Below are positions 26,886 through 35,600 of a stretch of 46,355 nt of DNA, in pieces. The notes under the pieces were generated by a model. It was given only the letters and a program-made list of their open reading frames with translations. It ran no database searches and was not told the DNA's origin. The stretch's first letter is position 1. Each line of letters starts with the position of its first letter. Source of the DNA: a bacterium (GTDB lineage: Bacteria; Desulfobacterota; Binatia; HRBIN30; CADEER01); NCBI GenBank assembly GCA_039934135.1, contig JBDTMT010000001.1, positions 1-46,355 on the forward strand, written 5' to 3'. The position numbers and the translations under genes were made by a program.

Positions 26886-28871
26886 ATGACTATCCGTCCT
26901 CATGCATTCGTCGCCATGCCGTTCGGCGCCAAGCCCACTGCCGATGGCACGCTGCTCGACTTCAATCGCGTCTATCTCGAGCTGATCCAGCCCGCGTTGG
27001 AGAGCGCGGGACTGTCGAGCTTCCGCGCCGACGAGGAGTTGCGCGGCGGCGACATCAAGACCGACATGTTTCAGGAGTTGCTGGTCGCTGACCTGGTGGT
27101 GGCGGATCTGACGATCGACAATCCCAACGTCTGGTACGAGCTCGGTGTTCGGCATGCACTGCGCGCGCGCGGTGTCGTTCTGCTCTGTGGTGGCCGGACG
27201 ACCACGGCCTTCGATCTCTATACCGATCGCAAGCTGCGCTACGGGATCGCCGACGGTGCGCCGGATGCGCGCACGCTGGAGACCGATCGCAGCCGGCTGG
27301 CGGCGATGGTCCAGGCGACGATGGAGTCGTGGCACGGTCGCAAGATCAGTCCCGTCTACCAGCTCCTGCCGAACCTACAGGAGCCGGACTGGAAGACGCT
27401 GCGCGTTGGCGACGTGCGTGAGTTCTGGGATCAGCACGAGGCGTGGGAGCGACGCGTCGACTTGGCGCGCCGGGACGAGCGCATCGGTGACCTGCTGGTG
27501 CTGGCCGACGAGGCGCCGGTCGCCGCCTTTCGCGCCGAGGCCTGGATCAAGGCGGGCCAGGCGCTGCGCAAAGCACACCTGTTTCTCTTCGCCCTCGAAC
27601 AGTTGGACCGTGGTCTGGCGATCGAACCGCTTCACATCACCGGGCTGCGGGAGCGCGGTATCTGCCTGCAACGCCTCGCGCTTATGGGACTCGCCGGCTA
27701 CTCGCTCGAGCGCGCGCGAGATCACTACCGCGACGTCCTCACGCACTATCCCAACGACCCTGAGACCTGGGCTCTCCTGGGCCGCGCCGACAAGGATGCC
27801 TGGACGGCCGCCTGGCGGCTCAAGGATCGAACACCTGTCCAACGCCGGGAGGATGCCGCCTACGAGGACGCGCTCCTGCGTGCTGCCATTGTCAGCTACG
27901 CGAAGGGCTACCGGGTCGACCAGAACCACTATTACTCGGGGATCAACGCGCTCACCCTCATGCATCTCCATGACGACCTCGTCGAAGGAGCGCGCTACCA
28001 GCGTGACTCGGAGATTATGCGCGGCGCCGTACGCTTCGCGGCGGAGGGCGAAGCGGATCGCGACCAGCTCTTCTGGGCGAAGGCCACGATCGGCGATCTC
28101 GAAGTGCTCGTTGGGACGCCCGACACCGTGCAGCAGGCATACAAGGACGCCATCGCCCTCAACGACAAGGATCCGTTCGCTCTCAACTCGGCGCGCGACC
28201 AACTGCTGATGCTGCAGGAGTTGAGCTTTCGGCCGGAGGCGGTCGCGGCGGGTATCGCCACCTTCGACCGCGCGCTCGCTCGCCTCAAGCTACCGGAGCA
28301 ACAATGGGAGCCGCGCCAGGTGTTTCTGTTCAGCGGCCACATCGTTGACGCGCCCGGGCGGCCCCAACCGCGCTTCCCAGCGAGCAAGGTCGACGCCGCG
28401 CGGCAACGGATCGCCGAGGTGTTGGATCGTCACGCCGCGGGACCGGACGACCTCGCCTACTGCCAAGCAGCCGCCGGCGGCGACCTCCTCTTTCTCGAAG
28501 CGTGTCAGCAGCGCCAGGTGCGTTACCGCATCCTGTTGCCGTTTCCCGAGGCAACGTTCCTCACTCGGTCCGTTCTGCCGTCGACCGACGGGGCGGCATG
28601 GCGCGACCGCTACTTTGCAGCGCTCGGCACCGCCGCCGCGCCGCGCATCATGCCCGACGAGCTCGGCCCGTTGCCTCAGCACGTCGACGCCTTCGAGCGC
28701 TGCAACCTCTGGCTGCTGTATAGCGCGCTCGCCTGTGGCCTCGCGCGGGTGCGTTTCGTCTGCTTGTGGGACGGCGGTGGCGGCGACGGCCCGGGCGGTA
28801 CCGCTCACATGTACAACGCGGTGTCGGCGCGCACCGGCCATGTCGATCGAATCGATGTCCACTCGCTCTGA
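26886..28871 (+). CDS. TIR-like/deoxyribohydrolase-like N-domain, TPR (DUF4071/TRAFs-binding-like) core and C-terminal SLOG-like domain
   Basis: N-terminus: AFVAMPFGAKP...VADLVVADLTIDNPNVWYELGVRHAL. Long helical-repeat middle. C-terminus: VFLFSGHIVD...AAGGDLLFLEA...LLPF...CLWDGGGGDGPGGTAHM (Gly-rich loop plus PGGxGT-like motif). Confidence 0.7.
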   Translation: MTIRPHAFVAMPFGAKPTADGTLLDFNRVYLELIQPALESAGLSSFRADEELRGGDIKTDMFQELLVADLVVADLTIDNPNVWYELGVRHALRARGVVLLCGGRTTTAFDLYTDRKLRYGIADGAPDARTLETDRSRLAAMVQATMESWHGRKISPVYQLLPNLQEPDWKTLRVGDVREFWDQHEAWERRVDLARRDERIGDLLVLADEAPVAAFRAEAWIKAGQALRKAHLFLFALEQLDRGLAIEPLHITGLRERGICLQRLALMGLAGYSLERARDHYRDVLTHYPNDPETWALLGRADKDAWTAAWRLKDRTPVQRREDAAYEDALLRAAIVSYAKGYRVDQNHYYSGINALTLMHLHDDLVEGARYQRDSEIMRGAVRFAAEGEADRDQLFWAKATIGDLEVLVGTPDTVQQAYKDAIALNDKDPFALNSARDQLLMLQELSFRPEAVAAGIATFDRALARLKLPEQQWEPRQVFLFSGHIVDAPGRPQPRFPASKVDAARQRIAEVLDRHAAGPDDLAYCQAAAGGDLLFLEACQQRQVRYRILLPFPEATFLTRSVLPSTDGAAWRDRYFAALGTAAAPRIMPDELGPLPQHVDAFERCNLWLLYSALACGLARVRFVCLWDGGGGDGPGGTAHMYNAVSARTGHVDRIDVHSL

Positions 28872-30330
28872 TCACTGCGCCCGCGCCTGCGGCTGGCGGC
28901 GTGACGCTATCGGACGAGCGGTGTCGGCCGCGGGCTCCATCGTCGCTGCGGCGCTCGCGCTGGCGGCCTGCGGCGGCGGCGCGGGTTCGAGCGGCGGAGG
29001 CCTGGCATTCCGGGCGGTGTGGGAGCGCGCGGCGATCATCGCCGAGCAGCCGGTGGGTTGCGGGATGCCGCGTCCCACAGCGGGGCCCGGAGGATTCGGT
29101 GCCGAGATTCCCGCCGCGGTATCGCTGATCCAGATTCAGATCGAAGCCGCGAACGGCCGTGCCTGCTGCGTTCGCTTGGAAAAGCGCGCGGATCGTCGGC
29201 GGGTGTCGTTCGTCGATGTGCCCGCCGGTCAGGCGCAAGTGACGATCAGTGGCTTCGCGGGCCTGGAGTACGCTCCGCGCCTGGCGCTGCCGGAATGCCG
29301 GCTGGACCCGGCTGCGGACAACCCGGTGAGTTCACCCTGCACCGGCGGCTCACCGGACATCTCCCCCAATCCCAGCTTCCAGAGCGCCCCGACGTGCGTC
29401 GACATTCCGTCTGCCGGAACCCGCGACGCCGGGAACATATCCATTTTCGCGCGGCCGTTCGTCCTGCTTGGCGACTGTGACGGGCCGCAGCTGGTACCGC
29501 CCCCACGTGGAACCGCGAGCGCGACGATCGCTTTCACCGTCGCCGACGCAGGCGGAGCGATCCGACCGGATTCAATACGCGCCGCGGTACTTCAGGGTAG
29601 CCAGACCGTGGAGGTGGCCCTCGGCGCGCCGACGTCATGCGACGACGGGGCCGACCCCAAATGCAGTTGCGGAGCGGAGCCGCTGCAAGTGACGGGAGTC
29701 CGCAATCTGGGTCGAATCCTGGATCGCAGCCTGCTTCAGCCTGGTCCGGCACGCCTGCAGATCTCGGCGACAGACCTTGGCGGCCAGACGACGGAGTTCA
29801 CCTACGGATTCACCTACGCGATTCCCACCGTCACGGAGACCCCGACGCCGACCGCCACACCGTCACTGACTCCGATACCGACCGAGCCCCCGACCCCGAC
29901 GCCGCCGATCGTGCTGCGCATCATTGGCGATCGGGTGGTCCCGGGCGAAGTCGCATCGTTGAACGTCAGCCTCGAGGTGCCGCGCGGCGTCAGCGTGGCG
30001 GCGCTCGAGCAGCAGATTGGATTCGTTGCGACCGTCGTCCGACTGAGCGGCTGCGTAAGGGAACCCGCCATCAGGGACCATCGATTCTTTTGGGGGCTCG
30101 ACCCGCCCGGGTGCGAATTCGGTTGCGATATCCTGCACACGACGATCCTTCCCGTCGACGGCTCGCCCCTGCCATCGACTGTGCTCTACACCTGCGGCTT
30201 TAGCGTCGATGACGAGGCTGCGGCGGGCACCTATCCGCTGACGTGCCTCTCCGCCGCCGCGACGGACAGCGAGAACCAGCGCCTGCCGCTGGTCTGCATT
30301 CCCGGCCAGGTCGAGGTGCCGTCGCCGTGA
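28855..30330 (+). CDS. Lipoprotein with Pro/Thr linker and C-terminal cohesin-like beta domain
   Basis: In frame with ORF 28345..30330. Plausible starts at 28840 or 28855. Lipobox LALAAC-GGG. TPTPTATPSLTPIPTEPPTPTPP linker, then IVLRIIGDRVVPGEVASLNVSL...QQIGFVATV (cohesin-like pattern). The stop overlaps the next start (GTGA). Confidence 0.55.
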   Translation: MSTRSDHCARACGWRRDAIGRAVSAAGSIVAAALALAACGGGAGSSGGGLAFRAVWERAAIIAEQPVGCGMPRPTAGPGGFGAEIPAAVSLIQIQIEAANGRACCVRLEKRADRRRVSFVDVPAGQAQVTISGFAGLEYAPRLALPECRLDPAADNPVSSPCTGGSPDISPNPSFQSAPTCVDIPSAGTRDAGNISIFARPFVLLGDCDGPQLVPPPRGTASATIAFTVADAGGAIRPDSIRAAVLQGSQTVEVALGAPTSCDDGADPKCSCGAEPLQVTGVRNLGRILDRSLLQPGPARLQISATDLGGQTTEFTYGFTYAIPTVTETPTPTATPSLTPIPTEPPTPTPPIVLRIIGDRVVPGEVASLNVSLEVPRGVSVAALEQQIGFVATVVRLSGCVREPAIRDHRFFWGLDPPGCEFGCDILHTTILPVDGSPLPSTVLYTCGFSVDDEAAAGTYPLTCLSAAATDSENQRLPLVCIPGQVEVPSP

Positions 30331-31826
30331 CCGACCGCCGGCCGATACACGCCCTGCTCGCCCCGATGATCGCGTCGTGCGCGCTGGCGCTGGCGACGGC
30401 GGGCGCCGCCTGGGCTGCGGAGGCGTCGGAGAATCTCGTTTCGCGCGGTCTGATCCAGTTCCACCGCGCCGACTACGCCGCCGCCCGGCAGTCGTTCGAG
30501 GCGGCGGTCAGCGCGGATCCGGTGAACGTGGAGGCGCGCCACTTCCGGGCGATGACAGCGGCGCGGCTCGGCGATCTTGACGACGCGATCTTCGATCTCG
30601 AGGTCGTCCTGCTCCTCAAGCCGGCGTTCTGCGAAGCGGCGCTGCAGCTCGGCATCGCCTACCTGCAGTTGGGCGACGACGCCGCGGCGATCGGCGCGCT
30701 CGAGCGGGCGCGCCAGTGTCCGGCGCTCGATCCCGACGCGTCGTTGCTGATTGGCATTGCCCGCCTGCACCGCGACGATCTCGACGAGGCGGCGGATGCG
30801 CTGCAGCGTGCCGGGCAGAAAGACGCGTTGCGCGTGACGGCGGACTACTACCTCGGCGTGGCCGGCGCCCGCCGCTGGCAATGGGATGCCGCCGCGGGCC
30901 GCTTCGAGTCGGTGCGTGCGGCGCGGCCCGATGCCGAGATCGGGCTGCAGTCGGATGCCTATCTCCGCCAGTTGCGCCGCTATCATCTCTCCGCAGCCGT
31001 CGGCATCGATTACGACAGCAACGTCGTGCTGGCGCCGTCGAACGACAGCGTCAAGGCCGACGTCGGCATCACCAATCAGGCTGACGGACGGGTTGCGTTC
31101 GTCGTCGGTGCCAGGGCTGCGGCGCTGCGCAGCGAACACCTGCAGCTCGTGCTCGACTACGATTTCTACCAGACCGTGCAATTCCAGCTGCACCAGTACG
31201 ACCTCACCGCCAACCAGCCGGGGGCCCAACTGCTGTTCAATGCCGGGTCGGTCTACGGCGGGGTGATGGGCCGCTATGGCTACTACCTGCTCGATGGCGC
31301 CAGCTTCCTGCAGGATGCCGAGGCGGCTCCCTGGATGGCCGTGCCGGAGAATGATCTCGGCCGCACTGAGGTCTACTACCGGATGCTGTGGCAGGACTTC
31401 TATCTCAGCCCGTTCCGCGGTGTCCGCGACTCCGTCAACAACGCCATCGGCGTCCGCCAGTTCGTGTACCTGCCGCGCGCCGATCGCTATCTCGTCGTCG
31501 GCTATCGCTTCGAGAACCAGGACGCGACGCAAGCCGACGGGGACGCCTTCGCCTACAATGCCAACCAGGTCGAGATCGGCCTCGGCTGGGATCTGACGTC
31601 GACGCTGAACGCCACGCTCGGCTATGCCTATCGCAACGAGGACTATGCCTCTGCCAGCGACGGACGCGTCGACAACACCAACCATGTCACGGTCGCCATA
31701 CGCCAGGGATTGCGCGACTGGTGCTCGATCAGCCTGGTCTATCTGGGCACGTTCAACGACTCGAATCAGTCGGTCTTCACGTATGACCGCAACATCATCT
31801 CCGCGTCGTTCGAGGCGAGGTACTGA
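30327..31826 (+). CDS. Outer-membrane protein: periplasmic TPR domain plus C-terminal beta-barrel (Slam/DUF560-like architecture, tentative)
   Basis: GTG 30327 (alternative ATG 30366). Signal peptide ALALATAGAAWA. TPR-like repeats (YAAARQSFEAAV..., AIGALERA...). Then an amphipathic strand region rich in Y/D/N, ending ...ISASFEARY. Confidence 0.6.
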   Translation: MTDRRPIHALLAPMIASCALALATAGAAWAAEASENLVSRGLIQFHRADYAAARQSFEAAVSADPVNVEARHFRAMTAARLGDLDDAIFDLEVVLLLKPAFCEAALQLGIAYLQLGDDAAAIGALERARQCPALDPDASLLIGIARLHRDDLDEAADALQRAGQKDALRVTADYYLGVAGARRWQWDAAAGRFESVRAARPDAEIGLQSDAYLRQLRRYHLSAAVGIDYDSNVVLAPSNDSVKADVGITNQADGRVAFVVGARAAALRSEHLQLVLDYDFYQTVQFQLHQYDLTANQPGAQLLFNAGSVYGGVMGRYGYYLLDGASFLQDAEAAPWMAVPENDLGRTEVYYRMLWQDFYLSPFRGVRDSVNNAIGVRQFVYLPRADRYLVVGYRFENQDATQADGDAFAYNANQVEIGLGWDLTSTLNATLGYAYRNEDYASASDGRVDNTNHVTVAIRQGLRDWCSISLVYLGTFNDSNQSVFTYDRNIISASFEARY

Positions 31827-31827
31827 G

Positions 31828-32640
31828 ATGTCCGGACGCACGTGGGTCAGGGTGATCCTGCTCCTGTTGCTGGTGCCGCAACGCGGTGCGGCGGCGGAGC
31901 TCGTCGGCTACCTGGCCGAGTTTTCCGACGTCGTCTACTGCCCGCGCGACGCCGCGCCATTGCGGCAGAGCGAGAAGCCGCGCGATCTCCACTTTGGCGA
32001 CGCCGTGATCACGCGCGACGCGCCCGAGCGCAGCGCGGCGGCGAGAGTGTTTCTCGCCGATCGCCAGACGATCGCCATCGCCGGCAACTCCGAGCTCGTC
32101 ATCTCCGGCGTCGACACGCCCGACGGCATGCGCTCCACCAGCGTGCGACTGAACAGCGGCCGCATCCGCGTCTACGTCAGCCCGGGCGCCCACTGTCAGG
32201 TCGAGACGCCTGCCGCCGTCGTCACGTGCCGGCACACCGATTTCGTCGTCGCCGTCGATGCCAGCACCCACGCCACCGACGTCGTCGTCATCGACGGCAT
32301 CGTCGAGGTTCGCGGCGTCGGCCCGGGCGCCGACCACCCGGTGACGGTCCTGCCGTACCAGATGCTGCACGTGGCCGTCGGTGGTCCAGCGGGCCAGCCC
32401 AGCGTCGTCGGTGACGCGGCGCGCGCCCGCTACAGCGCCGGCCTGGATCTCATCGGAGACGGGACCTCCGAGCGTCTGGAGATCGGCCAGCGGCTCGCCG
32501 ATGGCAGCGAGGTGCTCACCGTCGATCGGCCGGACCCACCTTCTTCGGAGCCCTGGGAACCCGGTCCCCGTCAGGAGCAACCGGGAACGATTGCCAATCC
32601 GCTGTTTGGAGTGCCCGGCAATCTGATCGTTGACTATTGA
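31828..32640 (+). CDS. Secreted FecR-domain protein
   Basis: ATG 31828, 2 nt after the previous stop. Signal peptide VILLLLLVPQRGAAA. FecR-like core ...IAIAGNSELVISG...VRLNSGRIRVYV...VETPAAVVTCRHTDFVVAV...VVIDGIVEV. Confidence 0.6.
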   Translation: MSGRTWVRVILLLLLVPQRGAAAELVGYLAEFSDVVYCPRDAAPLRQSEKPRDLHFGDAVITRDAPERSAAARVFLADRQTIAIAGNSELVISGVDTPDGMRSTSVRLNSGRIRVYVSPGAHCQVETPAAVVTCRHTDFVVAVDASTHATDVVVIDGIVEVRGVGPGADHPVTVLPYQMLHVAVGGPAGQPSVVGDAARARYSAGLDLIGDGTSERLEIGQRLADGSEVLTVDRPDPPSSEPWEPGPRQEQPGTIANPLFGVPGNLIVDY

Positions 32641-35600
32641 GCTGGTGCGCTCCAGAGCGCCACCTTCGGCCAGGCCGCGGGTGGGTCGCTGCGCGGAGGG
32701 CGTGGGCACGCAAACATCGTGGCCGCGGCTGGCGTTGGAATGGCGCGGGACTCTTTGGATCGACGCAGCAGCTCGTCAACCGGCACGAAATCGAACCATC
32801 TGTGGATCCGAGCGGTACCGTCAGCACTCGCGGTCGCGACTGCTAGACCATCGGGGCGGAAAGCCACCTGCATCACCGGCCCCGTGTGGCCTGGTAACTC
32901 GCCGATCTCAGTTCCTGTCGCGCTATCCCAGATACGCACTCGTCCTTCCTCGTCGGCTGTAATGACCTGTGCGTTGGCGCCTGGCCGGAAGCGCGCGCTC
33001 CGCATCGGCGTCTGGGTTCTTGCCGGTCGGAGCGTTACGGCATGCCGTCCGCTGGCTACGTCCCAGATGTGCGCCCCACCGTCTGCGGCTGACGCGATGA
33101 GGAGTCGTCCATCGTCGCTGAAGGCGAGATCGTTCACGCGCCCGTTCGCGCCCGCCAGTGAACGCGAAGTGGCGGTCGGTCCCAAGCTCCAGAGCCGCAC
33201 CGCGCCATCGCTGCCGCCAGCGGCGACCAACGCATCGTCCTGCGGGCTGATGGCTGCCGTGGTGAGCGCGCCGAGATCGACGTCCGGACCCTCGTGCGCC
33301 CAGTCTGCGGCGCGCCATCGCTGCAGCATGCCGTCGGACGCGGCGATCAGGAGCGCGCCGTCATGCGCGAAGGTGACGAAGCGCAGAGTCTCGCCCGCCG
33401 CGCAGCTCACCTCTGCGATGTGCGCGCAGCTCCTAGCGTCCCAGATCGCTACCGTGCTGCCGTCATCGCCGGTTGCCAGCCATCGTCCCTGGCGATCCAT
33501 CGCGACGTATCGCAGCGCCGCCGGGCCACTGGCGAGGGGCGGCGGCGTTATCGTGGCGATCAACTCGCCCACGGCGTTCCACGCCCGCGCGGCGCCATCG
33601 CTGCTCGCGGTGAGCAGGTACTGACCGTCGTCGCTGAACACGGCCGCGTTGACGGCGTCGTCGTGCCGCATCGGTCGGCCGGCGTCGTCGGATGCCCAGA
33701 GCCGCACACCGTCATCTGCGCCGGTGGCGAGGAGATGGTCTTCGGCACTGAACGCCAGCCCCCGCACGGCCGAATCGTGTCCCGCCAGGCGGGCGATCGG
33801 TTCGCCGGTGCTCGCCTCCCAGACGATCGCCGTACCATCCGTGCTGGCGGTCGCGACGAAGCGACCGCGCGCGCTGTATTCGACCGCGGTGATCGGGCCC
33901 GTATGTCCCTTGAGGCGTATTGGTGCGTCCGGTTCCCCCCAGATGGTCGCGGTGCCGTCCTCATAGCCGCTCAGCGCGAAGCGACCGTCGGGGCTGAACG
34001 CGATATCATTTGACTGGGTGACCTTGGGCCGGCTGTCAGGCGTGAAGGCGAACTGGATCCCGGCGCCATATTCTTCGAGCTGCTGCTCGGTCAGTGAGCC
34101 GGACGTCCAGGTTCCGTCGCTCGTCCACACGCGGAGTCGATGGCCATCGATGTAGGCGAGGTGTCGACCGTCTGGGGCGAACGCCGCACTGGCGACCGGG
34201 CGGTGCTCGACGGGAAGATCCGCGATCTCGGCCCCGTCCCGCCACAAGCGCACGCCCTTGGCGCCGGCGGTGAGCACGATCGCATCATCCGGCGTCAGCG
34301 ACACCGCCTCCACGTTGTCGTCGGGATCGAGGGCCCGCGGATGGTCGCTCAGCGATATGTCGCGCACGAAGGCACCGTTCCAGGTCCCGACGACGATGAT
34401 CGGCTTGCGTGTGCCCAAGGCCACCGCCCGCACCTGGCCGGGGTCCGCCGCCCAGCGTAGTTGCCGGTCGACGGCGAGGTTGCGCCGTAAGGCCGGCGCG
34501 CCGATGGCCGGGCGCAACGCGGTCGCTTTGCGCGCCAGGCGGACGCTGTCCTGCGGCCGTCGCTCGCGCGCCGCCTCGGCGTCGCTGACCAGCTGTTGCG
34601 CGTCGGCCGTCTGCCTGGCGACATATGCGCGGATGCCCAACCAACCGGTGATCGATAGGACCACGAGCGCGCCCGTGGCCGCGGCGCCGAGGGACAGCCG
34701 GCGGCCGCGGCGGGCGCCAGCGCTGGCAGCGATGAACTGCGTTTCGACGTCGTCGAGACTGAGCCAACCGTCGCGTTGTAAGGCGCGCGCCTCATCGAGC
34801 GCACGGCCGCGGTAGAGATCCCCCGGGTCGCGTCCGGCGCAGTTCCAAAGCGCGGCGGCGGCGGCGAGCCGCGACCGCGCGCGCAGTTGCTCGCTGTGGC
34901 TCTGCACCCAGGAGCGCAGGGGCTCGAAATGCGTGATGAGCGTCTCATGGGCGAGCGTGACGCAGCTTTCGCCATTTTGGTCGGTGGCGATGAACAGGCG
35001 CGCGCCGATGAACGCGTCGATGAAGGCCCGCCGATGCGGGTCGCTCGCCAACGTCGCCATCCGCGCGTAGCGACGCTGGACGCGCTCGCCCGATGTCTCA
35101 CCGAGGGAGGGCGCGGCCGGGGAGATTTGCACGAGGTGCGCGAAGACGTCGCCAGCGGTGTTCCGGGCGGTCGGATCGAGACGGTCCCAGGTGTCGCGCG
35201 CACGCCGGTTGATCGCGCCCTCGAGGCCGCCCATCGCGTCGTAGGCGGCATGGGTGAGGACGCGGTCCGCGGTTCGCTGCGCGTACAGCGCGTCGAGCAC
35301 GAACTGCAACAGCGGGAGGTTCTGGGGCGAGGCGATGGCGTCGTCGCGCAGGCGCTCGTCCAGCAGCTGGCCGGTCTTGGGGTGCGCCTCGAAACGCAGC
35401 GCAGCCAGGCGGGCGGGCAGGCGGATCATCTGGCCGACTTCGGCGGCATCGGGCCAGCGCAGGTCGTATTGCCCGTTGCCGAGCTTGAGCTCGTCGAGTT
35501 CGGGGAGCTCGTGGCAGCGGGCATAGAAGTCGCTGCGCAGCGTCGCCAGCACGTGTACGCCACGGCGAACGAGACGATTGACGACGGCCATGAACGCCGC

